DNA of 64,000 bases, taken from the NCBI GenBank assembly GCA_030141605.1, contig JAQGDQ010000477.1, positions 1 through 64,000 of the forward strand, read 5' to 3'. This stretch comes from Tubiluchus corallicola. Lineage: Eukaryota; Animalia; Priapulida. Shown piece after piece: positions 26,717-39,582 of the stretch. Positions within the stretch are counted from its first letter, which is position 1. Each line of letters begins with the position of its first letter. Under the pieces are notes generated by a model, which was given only the letters and a program-made list of their open reading frames with translations, ran no database searches and was not told the origin of the DNA. A program made the position numbers and the translations under genes.

Positions 26717-27394
26717 CTTAACTAATCAATGACCCTTCAGATGACGCTTTCGTTTGTCATAAAGTTTTGCAGTGTGAGAAATTCTCAATGTTCCAGATTT
26801 TTTTAACTCTTTACTTTGCTACAAATCTACTAGTATGGAAACGACTTACAATTGAACGCCAACATCGAGGGTCCAAAACAGCAATAATACCAGTCTATCA
26901 TAGAAAACGCTGATCGAGTAATATCTTCTATTGGAATAAAAATGTCCTTGAGGCGGTCGTTTATTTCCAATGCAAGGTTTATCTTTTTGCAAGAAGAAAA
27001 GCGTGGGTTTATTTCAGCTAATTTGGATGTCAGCGTCTATAATTTTGGCACACGTTTTGAGCGTATATCCTCAGTTTTGCCTAGACTTGTGGCGCTTGCA
27101 AGCTGGTGTAATCTCCAGCGCGCGGGGAATATAATAAACCCGCTATAATAAGACGTTTGTAATCTTGGAACGCTCGTCGACATCAAATTGGTGGTTTTTT
27201 ATGTTTTGGTAATAACTGGTCGGTTTTGTATTTAATTTTTACACACGCAGTTTTTGTTAAAGTGGAGATTTCTGACGTTCTGATGTGCGCGTCAGGTGTA
27301 GAGGTTATACTGGTAATTTTGGTCATGTTTTGGTGACCCGCAATTACGGCGGCAAGGCGACACTTTCGTATTTAAAACTTTTGAAATGCTTTAA

Positions 27395-27900
27395 AGCACA
27401 AGAAAATATTCTTCGTAAATAAATCGTAAAAAAATCCACTTGAAAATTTATATGACTTACAAGCTGCCTTGAAAAGTATATGACTTGTAACTGCCTTATT
27501 GCATGCAGAGCTTGCGTTAGCAGGAACGCTGTATAAATCTTGTAAATTTAAACTCCCGTGATAACCGTTAGGCTTAGCCATTTTAACAATAAGTCGTTTG
27601 AAACAAGTTTAGATAACATTGCGTAGAGTTTAAAAAACAACCAGAGCATTCGTGACACACTCTTCATTACTTAACCAAATGTTTAAATTACTTTATATTG
27701 TCAATAAGATGATGTACTTTTTGTGTATTTTTTGGTGAATCAGTGGTGCACACTGGGATGGGATGCAGGTGGGGCGAATATTTTAAATTGTTAAAACTAA
27801 TCTTTTCTAATTATATAAGGCTTTCAAACAGACAGGCATAATGCTAAGTACTATCCATTTGCTTCCTCTAACCGTTTGGTAGAAATTTCGCTGTTTTAAA
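27395..27900 (+). mobile_element. Kolobok-like family A copy (right end approximate)
   Basis: Starts ttaa|agcacaagaaaa exactly as at 53825. Colinear similarity with 53829-54200 (cagagcttg.g..agcag.aacgctgtataaa; cagtggtgcacactggga). Confidence 0.65.
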
Positions 27901-28067
27901 GCTCGGTGATTTCGGAATTAAATTACCCACTAAAATTACCTGTTCTACGACTGAAATGATTAACAGTGAAAGAAAAAAGATGAAAGCGAAGAAAAGAATG
28001 CAGAAGAAGAAGAAGAACTAGCTTACTAACCGCGACTAAAATTTTGGAGTTTAATTTTATCACGTCG

Positions 28068-28985
28068 GTTACGTTAAACAACAGGACATGCGAGGCGTAC
28101 GTCAAACGCAAATGTGCTCAACCTGCCTGTTACGTTAAGCAACAGGACACGCGAGGCGTACGTCAAACGCAAATGTGCTCAACCTGCCTGTTACGTTAAG
28201 CAACAGGACACGCGAGGCGTACGTCAAACGCAAATGTGTGCAATCTGCCCGTTACGTTAAGCAACAGGACACGCGAGGCGTACGTCAAACGCAAATGTGC
28301 TCAATCTGCCCGTCACGTTAAGCAACAGGACACGCGAGGCGTACATCAAACGCAAATGTGCTCAATCTGCCCGTTACGTTAAGCAACAGGACACGCGAGG
28401 CGTACGTCAAACGCAAATGTGCTCAACCTGCCTGTTACGTTAAGCAACAGGACACGCGAGGCGTACGTCAAACGCAAATGTGCTCAATCTGCCCGTTACG
28501 TTAAGCAACAGGACACGCGAGGCGTACGTCAAACGCAAATGTGCTCAATCTGCCCGTCACGTTAAGCAACAGGACACGCGAGGCGTACATCAAACGCAAA
28601 TGTGCTCAACCTGCCCGTTACGTTAAGCAACAGGACACGTGAGGCGTACGTCAAACGCAAATGTGCTCAATCTGCCTGTTACGTTAAGCAACAGGACACG
28701 CGAGGCGTACGTCAAACGCAAATGTGCGCAATCTGCCCCCGTTACGTTAAACAACAGGACACGCGAGGCGTACATCAAACGCAAATGTGCTCAATCTGCC
28801 CCCGTTACGTTAAGCAACAGGACACGCAAGGCGTACGTCAAACGCAAATGTGCGCAATCTGCCCCCGTTACGTTAAGCAACAGGACACGCGAGGCGTACG
28901 TCAAACGCAAATGTGCTCAACCTGCCCGTTACGTTAAACAACAGGACACGCGAGGCGTACATCAAACGCAAATGTGCTCAATCTG
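28068..28985. repeat. 61-63-bp minisatellite, ~15 copies
   Basis: Unit gttacgttaagcaacaggacacgcgaggcgtacgtcaaacgcaaatgtgctcaatctgccc. Confidence 0.97.
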
Positions 28986-29459
28986 ACAGAAAGTAAAATA
29001 TGGCGGCTTGGGCGTGTTTTACTTTTAGGCAGGACAATTATTTGGATAAGATTTATGCGTGCAAATGAGCGCTAAACTCAAACAAGCTTATTTATCTTTT
29101 GATGCGGGGTTCGCTCTGCGTGGGTTATTATAGCTGGTCATTGCAAAGCCGCTGAAAAATTCTTTCTTAAATTAGCAAAACGCCTATAAACTGGGCTTCG
29201 AAATCAAAGAGTTATGGAGCGATGTTTGGCGATAAAAAAAGTGTAAACATTTGCATGTGTGTATCGCCTGAAGCGATTACTACGAGTTCAGCGCATGCGC
29301 GTGTAATTACAGCCACTATCTATGTAATTACGTGCACAATATATATTGTATTTATGTATGAACTTACAATACATAGTGAAAGCTTTTTGTAATTATTTAG
29401 TTTAAATAGTTTGGCGTTATTTTTTATTTGATTACAGAGGATTACAAACTACCTTTATT

Positions 29460-29757
29460 GGTTGTGATTGTAGTCGTGATGGCAGTGGTGGTAGTGGTAG
29501 TAGTGATAATGATGCCAGCAGGGGCGATGGTAAAGTGATGATGATAATGATGGGTGATGATGATGATGTTCATGTTGAAGAAGAAGAATAAGAAGAAGAT
29601 GATTATGATGATGTTGAAGAAGAAGATGATGATAATGATGATGGTGATAATAATGCATGACGATGATGATGATGATGACGACGACGACGACGATAACAAC
29701 ACGTGATGTGACTAAGATGATGACGGTGGTAGTGTTTAAGTTAATAATGATGATCAT
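29460..29757. repeat. Degenerate (GAT/GAA/GGT)n repeat related to 17321-17787
   Basis: Shares the island gccagcaggggcgatggtaaagt. Confidence 0.85.
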
Positions 29758-30631
29758 GGCTACAGTTATTGGCCAATGTAGTAGTCATCTGACAGTTGGG
29801 ATGCTGTGACAACAGCGGTGACAGTGGTGAGAAATTCTTGGCAGCACTAATGAGGTGAGCACTCACAGCCAATCACAACAATCCGTTTTTGTCTAATAAA
29901 TAAACAAATAAGATAGATAGGTGTTGGACTACGAACTGATTCCTGCTTTTATTGTAAATAAAACAATCAGTACTGTGAAAAAGGTGACGTTTCATCAACA
30001 AAACATATTTACTCTGCAAAAAACAAATCTCTGTAGAAGAGAGACCACTATCGAGTACTCTCGCTGGGGTTACTGTTACCGTACTGCTAGGGTTAACAAT
30101 CGTACCGATCAGTTTGCCTATTTGTCCAAACTGCAATTAAACGTTTAGATGTGAAGCGGAAGTTTTGTGCACGGAGGCAGTTAGGACTCCCTTGCTACAT
30201 TGAGGAAGTTGGAAGTGACAGTCGAATTCTCTGCAACTAATGCAACATTTACACTAGATAAAAAAGTTTGTGCTGAAAACTTTAAACGTGAACTAGGATG
30301 TGGTTCTTTTGTCACCCTTGCGATACCCTGCCTGAGTTTCCGTTTTAAGAAAAAATTGACTTCCGTAACGGATAGCCCAATATTTTTCTGTTTTATAGCT
30401 GAGTTTTTTTGTCTCCACGTTTTCAGTGATTATTATTTTTTATTTTTTGTATTTATTTTTTATTATTTTGTGTATTTCTTCATCTGTAAGACATTTTGAT
30501 ACGGATGAAGTTTGATTGTGTAGTCGACAATAGTGGTTCATTTCTTGTTTGTTTCAGCATGAGAGAAGTCCTTTACTATTGGTGACATAAGCTGAAATGA
30601 AATTATGATAAAAACAGTTGTCATCTTTTTT

Positions 30632-31178
30632 AAAGTGACAAAGTGGTGAAGTGACAAAGTGGTAAAGTGACAAAGAGGTAAAGTGACAAAGTGGTGAAGT
30701 GACAAAGTGTTGAAGTGACAAAGTGGTAAAGTGACAAAGAGGAAAAGTGGCAAAGTGGCAAAGTGACAAAGTGATAAACTGACAAAGTGGTAAAGTGACA
30801 AAGTGGTAAAGTGACAAAGAGGAACAGTGACAAAGTTGTACAGTGACAAAGTGATAAACTGACAAAGTGGTAAAGTGACAAAATGGCAAAGTAAAGTGAC
30901 AAAGTTACAAAGTGGTAAATTGACAAAATGGTAAAGTGGAGTGGTAAAGTGACAAAGTGGTTAAGTGACAAAATGGCAAAGTGAAGTGGTAAAGTGACAA
31001 AGTGGTTAAGTGACAAAATGGTAAAGTGAAGTGGTAAAGTGACAAAGTGGTAAAGTGACAAAGTGGTTAATTGACAAAATGGTAAAGTGAAGTGGTAAAG
31101 TGACAAAGTGGTTAAGTGACAAAATGGCAAAGTAAAGTGACAAACTTCCAAAGTGGCAAAGCGACAAAGTGCCAAAAG
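30632..31178. repeat. 8/16-bp-based minisatellite (aaagtgac/aaagtggt)
   Basis: Direct inspection. Flanked by a short imperfect IR, cagttgtcatcttttttaa / ttaaaaaattatgtacaactg. Confidence 0.93.
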
Positions 31179-32265
31179 TGTATTGTCTGTACAACACCAA
31201 CCAATGTAAAGCACAAAACACATTAAAAAATTATGTACAACTGATAGAGTTTTAAAACAATTACTCTAAAATCGATTTGGTTAAAAGGCAGATGACTGTT
31301 CTTCTAATGAATATTTTTTAAACTTTATTGCTGTTAATATCTATCTATATAATTAACACTCAAAGCAGTGTTTATACTAATTTATACATGATTTAGAATT
31401 TTATACAGTATATTGCTTATAACTTGCTTTAGGCTTACATATAAGCTGCAATTAGTGACAGTGAACAAAAGTCTACGTCAAGTAAAAGAAATCGTTCGTG
31501 TAATATAGTTATACAAAAATGTAATCATTGTATTGTGATGAAATCGTATTCAATTACACTAGATTTAGCTGTAGTTGGAAAAAATTTAAACTTCTCAGGA
31601 CTTCGATGTTACATATGTATTCCGTTCATGTAGATCGTAAGCCATTAAATCATTCTGGAATGGCGACCTCACGCTGGGAATGAGAAGCAATCAACTTTGG
31701 TTAACCCCTTCCTGGATTACGTCAAGTAATTACTGCCCAGGGTGAAAAGAATGGTTTTGAAAAACTATAGCTCAGTTAGAGGTAACAGGTATTCCTGGTC
31801 CTACCTACAATGGAACTTACTGTACGCACCGTTAGCTTAAATGGATACCTACGCGGATTTTCATAAATTTTCTGCTCTGCTCTTTCAGGCCAAGCAGTTA
31901 GCACCTTTTGGTAGAATTGCAACAAGCTTAATCCTCTGTGCCAGATTGTTGTGGTTCTCAGTTATTTCAACAATCCGCAAGGGCGGCGAAGAAACTAGAA
32001 AGGGGGACAGCAGTTAAAAGCGTTCATTTGTTTCTGTCTGGACAACCTGTACGTGGACTACCTGTACCTGTTCTTAAGTATTTCTGACATTAGTAATCAA
32101 AGACATTAGTACACAGGAAAAATGAATTGGTTTTGAGTATGAGCAGTTGTCTGTTCCTCTTTCATGAGCAATATTCCAACTTTTTAAAATCATGGTAAGG
32201 TTTACTGCTTTTGCTTTCAAAACCCATATTTGGTTATGTAAGTGTAGATATACACGTATCCTAAA

Positions 32266-32581
32266 CTGTGGTTACTTTGCCTATTTCAAATTACTTTGCC
32301 TACTTTTAGTTACTTTGCCTACTTGTAGTTACTTTGCCTATTGGTGGTTACTTCACCTGTTTGGGCTATTTCGCATATTTGCGGTTACTCTGTCTACTTG
32401 TGGTTACTTTGCGTAGTTGTGGTTACTTTGCCTGTTTGGGCTATTTTGCATATTTGTGGTTACTTTGCCTACTTGTGGTTACTTTGCCTGCTTGGGCTAT
32501 TTTGCATATTTGCGGTTACTTTGCCTACTTGTGGTTACTTTGCCTGCTTGGGCTATTTTGCCTACTTGTGGTTACTTTGCC
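32266..32581. repeat. 18-19-bp minisatellite with ~56-bp higher-order structure
   Basis: Units acttgtggttactttgcct and g(c/t)ttgggctattttgcat. Confidence 0.9.
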
Positions 32582-32845
32582 GACACAAAAATTAGATGAC
32601 AGTTGTGAAACAATCGCGAGTATTTATATTTTTAATGTAAAGAAGTTGGTGTTACCAGGTTATTTGGATTCATACAGAAGTGAGCATTTACTCTATACTT
32701 GTTACTGGAATATGAATATGAATATCACTGAATATGAAATACTATAAGCTCAATATCATGATTATTATTAATAATGGAATAAACAAAATATTGAATTAAA
32801 TTTTGATGCCAAAGATAAAGGTCTGGAAATGCGAAGTCTGAATAC

Positions 32846-32909
32846 AACCTAGATTTGAACCAGTGACGTTCGGCTTACAAGGTAGACGCCTTAGACTACT
32901 GTGCTACTG
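32846..32909 (-). other. Second degenerate tRNA-like sequence, same family as 21945-22016
   Basis: Minus strand tagcacagtagtctaaggcgtctac-cttgtaa-gccg...ggttcaaatc. The plus-strand left flank aattaaattttgatgccaaa...ggaaatgc resembles 21900-21929. Confidence 0.6.
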
Positions 32910-34639
32910 CATGCATGTATTTCTCAGTGGTCAACACAGTCCCAAACTTCACCGCTTACAACTGACCAACCAAATTAAACATTTCGAATGTTAGATCCAT
33001 CTCACTAGAGCGATTCTCTAAATTGAAATATTTTTCATTTTCATTTATGTTCAGGCTAAAAATTTCCTATTTTCAAGTAGGTTTAGTTAAATGTAGGTTT
33101 GTAACGTCATCAATGAATGTTGATTTCTCTCTCTTGTTTATAATGATCCTCTGATTACTTTTTTCCGTGTGTTGTAAAGTGAACTTTCCAAAATATTGAC
33201 CCGGCTACCCATAAATTTCTTACACCATGTTCACATTTGCCAAGTTTTCAGTAAAAGTTGTGACTTGGGTGGGCCAAACCAGCTAATAAAGCGTTTACAG
33301 GGGACAAATAATGATGAAGTCAAATCGGAAATAGCCGCGATGGCTTGGAATGCACGCTACTTGTGTGCAAAAGATTATTGGTGTCAAGTAGTTTTGACCA
33401 GCATGAGAAAATAGCTGGACATGGTCATACTTTAGGGATTTGTTTGCGGAATTCTCTGACCGGGTCGCCTAGAGAATGCTGTAGAAGTTGGACAGGTTCC
33501 CGGTTATTGTTCAGCGGGTGGATTTGCCCCATTATGATTTGTTCAACTTCAATGTCACGTTTTCAGCTTGTTGCTGCACTCAGCGCAGAGCAAATGGCTA
33601 AATTAGTCGCGCGTTTTGGCAGCTGATACAGAGCTGAATTGGTCATTTAAGGAGCTTAAGTCGGGGCGAGTATAATTCAAGCAATTTATGCGTGACCCTC
33701 AATCGTCCATGACAGATCTTTCCCTTTCCTGACGTCACAATGTAGGAAGTATAATGTAATCCACGTGGAACAGGTGAATGCAAAAACAACTATAAGCGTT
33801 TTCTATAACCACGCATCATTTAATATTTTGCTTGGTTGACTTGCTAACTTTCCTTTAATCTTCGCTATCAGTTGAAACACCTAGGCGAGCTCAAAAAGCA
33901 GGTGTACAGAGCCCATACCGTGACAAAACTCAAATACGTTACTACTCCCACGCGCAGTACACAGAAACGAAACTAGGGCTGCCGTTTCCAAGAGTGATAA
34001 GAGTCAAATAGCTTTATTATCTATTTATGCACACACCATCGACATAATTGATAATATTTACAAACCGTGCAAAACAACTGTCACGAAACATGCACCTGTT
34101 TCTCGCCTACACCTGCACAAAAATAGCAGTGAAGTAAACAAATTTCGATACAAATGTACTGTTGAATATAATCCTTTAAGTATAAATGTGTGCAGGACAA
34201 TTTCCGAGCAAAGCAATGCGAAATAATTCTAACAGTGACTCGTTTAACTAATATTAACAAAATATGCACGATGTGCGGTATCTTCCACTGCCCAGTCGCT
34301 GAGTTTAGCTGATCTCCATTCTTCTCACCGAGCTAAGTTCACTTTTTACTTTTCTGTATTTCGCTTCCCCTTGAGTAAGATTTTTTCTTTTGTTGCTAAT
34401 TTTTGCTTTTCTGTTCCATCAACTGTTTTTTTTTCGTTTGCTAGTTCGTTCATTTGTTTGTTTATTAGTTCTCTTTGTATTTTCCCGAGTTCTTTGCTGC
34501 TCCATCCCTTTGAATAGCCTTTTTCCTGTCTTTCTTTCTTTCTTAATCCGTTTTTTATTCTTGTTTTTCGTCCTTCATTTATTTATTTCGTTTTCTTTTT
34601 TCTTTTCTTATTTTTTCTTCGTATTCATTCTTTCTTTTC

Positions 34640-34655
34640 TCCATTCTCACTCTCA

Positions 34656-34706
<51 letters not shown>

Positions 34707-34833
34707 CTCATTCTCTCTCTCTTTCTCTCTTTCTTTCTCATTCTCTCTCTCTTACTCTCTATCTCTTTCTCTCTCCCTCTCTTTCTCTCTCTCTCTCTCT
34801 CTTACTCTCTATCTCTTTCTCTCTCCCTCTCTT

Positions 34834-34870
<37 letters not shown>

Positions 34871-34899
34871 TTCTTATTCTCTCTCTCTTTCTCTCTTAC

Positions 34900-34959
<60 letters not shown>

Positions 34960-35062
34960 ATTCTCTCTCTCTTTTCTCTCTTTCTTCTCTCTGTCTCTCT
35001 CTCTCTTTCTCTCTCTCTCTCTTTCTCTCTTCTCCTTCTCTCTCCTCTTTCATTCTCTCTTA

Positions 35063-35094
<32 letters not shown>

Positions 35095-35145
35095 TTCTCT
35101 CTCTCTCTTCTCTCTCTCTCTCTCTCTCTTCCTCCCTCTTTCTCT

Positions 35146-35178
<33 letters not shown>

Positions 35179-35207
35179 TTTTTTCTCTCTCTCCCCTCTC
35201 TCTCTTT
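34640..35207. repeat. (CT)n pyrimidine-rich microsatellite
   Basis: Direct inspection. Confidence 0.97.
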
Positions 35208-35718
35208 TACAGCTGTACAATTATTGTAATTCTTGACCTTTTAATCAGAAATCTCGTAGGAAATCTCATGCTAGAGTTAGTCCAATCGGCATGTAATTTA
35301 TTTAAACAATTTATAATCCTCCAAGAAAGCAACGTTGTTTGTGTGAACCGTTCCTCCTATACTCCATGTACAACTCGAGATAAATAAATACACAATGATC
35401 TTCCTGCACTTAAGACGGCCACGAAATTACTTTGAGGTTAGGAATTCGCTGCCTTTGAGGGCAAAGGAGCCGGTGAGTGTCATATCAAGTGTCATATCTT
35501 GCTGATGTTTGCCCACATGTACTAGTATTCCCACACGCCGCCTTTGCGTGGTATCCCAGCCTCGTATGCAATGCGCCGCATTTATATATATTCGTAAGAC
35601 TTTGCCTACTTAAAAGTGATGGCCGAAATTGTTTTAAAAAAGACATTTTCACGCTGATATTAAAAAACTAACGCCATTAGTGCAATAAAAAGTGACATTA
35701 TTTTTATGTAGTAAAACA

Positions 35719-35803
35719 CGTGACCAAGCTCACTCACACAGATGTACGTTTCGGCTTGTTCCAAGTTGAATGATGGGTGGATTTGTGAGTGAGCTGGGTC
35801 ACG
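35719..35803. other. Isolated ~85-bp hairpin
   Basis: cgtgaccaagctcactcaca pairs with tgtgagtgagctgggtcacg (19 of 20 positions complementary). Confidence 0.85.
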
Positions 35804-35873
35804 ATGTTCTGTAACTGTTAAGTAATGCAGCTTTTTAATACATGTCGTGATAGTTTTGGTCTTTTATTACAGC

Positions 35874-36606
35874 TAGCGAGTGCTGTACTGAGTTTAGCGA
35901 GTGTTGTACTGAGTTTAGCAAGTGCTGTACTGAGTTTAGCGAGTGGTGTACTGAGTTTAGCAAGTGCTGTACTGAGTTTAGCAAGTGCTGTACTGAGTTT
36001 AGTGAGTGTTGTACTGAGTTTAGCGAGTGTTGTACTGAGTTTAGCGAGTGTTGTACTGAGTTTAGTGAGTGTTGTACTGAGTTTAGTGAGTGTTGTACTG
36101 AGTTTAGCGAGTGTTGTACTGAGTTTAGTGAGTGTTGTACTGAGTTTAGCGAGTGGTGTACTGAGTTTAGCGAGTGGTGTACTGAGTTTAGCAAGTGCTG
36201 TACTGAGTTTAGCAAGTGCTGTACTGAGTTTAGCAAGTGCTGTACTGAGTTTAGCGAGTGGTGTACTGAGTTTAGCAAGTGCTGTACTGAGTTTAGCGAG
36301 TGTTGTACTGAGTTTAGTGAGTGTTGTACTGAGTTTAGCAAGTGCTGTACTGAGTTTAGCAAGTGCTGTACTGAGTTTAGCAAGTGCTGTACTGAGTTTA
36401 GTGAGTGTTGTACTGAGTTTAGCGAGTGTTGTACTGAGTTTAGCGAGTGTTGTACTGAGTTTAGCGAGTGGTGTACTGAGTTTAGCAAGTGCTGTACTGA
36501 GTTTAGCAAGTGCTGTACTGAGTTTAGCGAGTGTTGTACTGAGTTTAGCGAGTGTTGTACTGAGTTTAGCGAGTGTTGTACTGAGTTTAGTGAGTGGTGT
36601 ACTGAG
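35874..36606. repeat. 21-bp minisatellite, ~35 copies
   Basis: Unit tag(cg/ca/tg)agtg(t/c/g)tgtactgagtt. Confidence 0.98.
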
Positions 36607-36998
36607 GAAACGTCAAAAATATGTCGGAGTGCAGTTGCGCGTTAATAAAATAAAAATTTAGTCTGGTCAATTAGATTCAAAAGGCCGTAGAAAAGGAACA
36701 GTCATGAAAAATACCAAAAAAAAACAGGATCCATGCATTTGGTGTCTGGAAAAGATAAAAAAAATCACTTGGACCACATTTTTTGGTCAACCGAAGGGAG
36801 TTTTACTAGCATGTTTTATGGCCCCAAATTTAACTACAAAAATTGTTCAAACAACTGCTCTACTACAGTATGTCAGAGTGCTGTATTTTGATGTACTATA
36901 TATATAGTATATATATAGTATACTGTATGTGTATATACGCTGTGTATGTATATATATATATATATAATATATATAATATATAATATATATATAAAATA

Positions 36999-37029
<31 letters not shown>

Positions 37030-37380
37030 TGTTACGAAGACGGGTTTTGACTAACCCCATAATGTTAGTAATGGGTATAGTCGAGAAGCCCAGTAATGCA
37101 ACTGTACCTGTATAAAACAGAATGCACGCCGTAATTTGACGATTCCAACCTGGCCTTTCTGTCTGTAAAGGTGATTGCTGTATGTTTGCTGATTTTTATA
37201 CCAAAGTCTGTTCACATGTCCTTCTTTTGGAGTTACCGGTTGTGCAATAAAATTTCATTTATTTAGCATTCGTATTCTTTTTACTTTTCTCGTCTGCTGT
37301 AGTACTTTCATAACTTGTATGCCGCTCGATACATTCTGAGGAGACGGATCGGCGCCTGGAAAGGACCCGGATCCGTTACA
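37030..37380 (+). mobile_element. Solo LTR (351 bp, probably Gypsy-type) inserted in a (TA)n tract
   Basis: TG...CA ends with a short IR (tgttacg / cgttaca). ATAT on both sides. TATAAAA at 37111 lies upstream of AATAAA at ~37247. Confidence 0.8.
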
Positions 37381-37939
37381 ATATATATACATACACAGCG
37401 TATAAACACATACAGTACCTGGCAGTCGAGAAACTGGTATAGAAATGTACACAAATGGTGTTGCCGTCGCCATCAGTAACACGAACGCCGTTGATCACAA
37501 AAGGAAAATAATGACACATGACTAAGGTCAGTAAAATGTCAAAGGGTGTCGAGAGTTTTGAAAATTCAGTAGAATTGCTGTGCACTAATGTAGGAGATTT
37601 ACATGCAAGATCCGACGAAATCGAATGCAATAGCCGGACTTTGCCGAACGTGAACGAAAGAAGTCGGATGATAATCGGGAAATGCTCGTCTTCCGACTTC
37701 ATAGTATTATATTAACCAATAATAAAACTGCTCGCGTTCACGTGACAGCGTGTAGAGTAAAAATGAATGCGCATGTTAAAGTGTAAGTAAGACAAATTAC
37801 AGCAATTTATTAGTATGAATACATTTAAATAAGCATTGAACTATTTCATTTTGACCTTGTAGCGCTTATGGGGGAAGTCCCCCATAAAACCCCGAGAAAG
37901 AGAAGGAGAAGAGGTAGAGAGAGGGGCAAAGAAGATGAA

Positions 37940-37994
37940 GTGTGTGTGTGTGTGTGCGTGTGCGTGTGTGTGTGCGTGCGTGCGTGTGTATGTG

Positions 37995-38079
<85 letters not shown>

Positions 38080-38195
38080 GTGTGTGCGTGTGTGTGTGTG
38101 CACGTGTGTGTGCGCGTGTGTGCGTGCGTGCGTGCGTGAGTGTGTGTGTGTGTGTGTGTGCGTGTGTGTGTGGGTGTGGGTGTGCGTGTGTGTGA
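37940..38195. repeat. (GT)n/(GTGC)n microsatellite
   Basis: Direct inspection. Confidence 0.98.
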
Positions 38196-39530
38196 GAGAG
38201 AGGGGTCAGAGAAAGAAAAAGAGAGAGAGGGGTCAGAGAAAGAAAAAGAGAAAGAGAGAGAGCATGCGCGCGAGAGAGAAAGAGAGTGCGAAGAGTGAAA
38301 AAACAAAAAGAGGAAGAAAGAGGGTGAAAAAAGAGGGATTACATTATAAAATGTAGCATTTGGATGTTTTCGTAAAGTAAATGTAACAAGTGCACCATTC
38401 AGACAGTACGAATTTATCAGACATTAATGTTCGAATTCTTCAAAGCTTGAATTCCTGGGAATACGCAAAATGTCGGATGACCTTTCCCACTTTGTCGGTC
38501 AACAAAATCGGGTCGTGTAAACGTCATATCCGTTGTCCTCCGACAGCATGACTCTGCATCCGACAACATCCGATTCTGTTGGCCGACGGCTGAAGATCGG
38601 ATCGTGAAAGAAATAAACTGAAGCGCATTACTTTTACTACAAGAACCGAAAATGCTTATACTACATGTTTGCACAACACCAGTTCCCCGAAGGGAGTTTC
38701 ACTTACACGTTTTATGCCTCAAATTGTTATTCTAGGCCAGAACGACAAAAAGAGATCCCAACAATAGCTTATAATAATTTTATATAATTACCCGGGCTTT
38801 ATAAATCTACACGGGCTATATTTCAGAGTTACATAAAATCTGTTGGAAGAAGCATTCAACGCGTAATTGGCAGACTCAACCGTGGGTAATGAATGGAACC
38901 ATAGAGAATTAACCCTGAAATCATTCTCAAGTGTGACCAGTTATTTATGTATAATTTATTAAAATTATATCGTTATACGAAGAAACCGGTTAAGTTACTC
39001 TTCGGGAGTATTTCAAGTTTACCGTAGCATTTCGATTGTGGAAATTATTACATGCAAGTGACCGTGCACAATTGTTACGAAACACTTGCCCGCCATAGAA
39101 GAAGACAGTCTGTATAGGAAAGTTACTTTACGCATGTAAATTGACAATTCATATGTCAAGTACCAGAGCATAATAGCCGCATTGGGTAATAATATTCATC
39201 ATAGTACACCAATAGTAATTTCAGTGGCATATCAATCATCTCAGTGCTTATTATACATCAGTCAGGTTCCTTGTTCAATGGGCGTTTTCTAGCAGAGAAT
39301 TTAATGCGTGTATGGTGTTACTATAGAACGTAATTATTGTTACGTTAAATGTCACAATCACAAGGCAAAATGGCTTATGCGCAGTTAGAAAGCAAGAGCA
39401 AAGCAAACACTATGTTGCTGTTGCCGTTGCTGCTGCTGCCGTCTTATTCAGAGGCAGAAAGTCTTACAAAAGTCGCAAGGACAAATGTTGGCATCTGGCC
39501 ATGATGGACGTAGGCCGGAGACAGTTATAG

Positions 39531-39582
39531 AAGCACCTAGGATCGAGGTTATTGTGAAGCACCTAGGATCGAGGTTATTGTG
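39531..39582. repeat. 26-bp direct duplication
   Basis: aagcacctaggatcgaggttattgtg twice. Confidence 0.9.

Noticed and set aside
28068-28985. CRISPR array or Cys-repeat protein
   Set aside because: Head-to-tail repeats with no unique spacers and no cas genes. Most units are 61 bp, which shifts the frame.
21945-32909. Functional tRNA genes at 21945 and 32846
   Set aside because: Acceptor and T stems do not pair, the anticodons differ between copies, and both sit in shared repeat flanks.
35825-36661. 278-aa heptad (SLASVVL)n ORF and the antisense (LNSVQHS)n ORF
   Set aside because: A 21-bp unit with no stop in these frames gives ORFs on both strands automatically, and there is no flanking coding context.
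37414-37430. U1 snRNA-like tacctggcag
   Set aside because: Only 10 bp match and the downstream sequence does not resemble U1.
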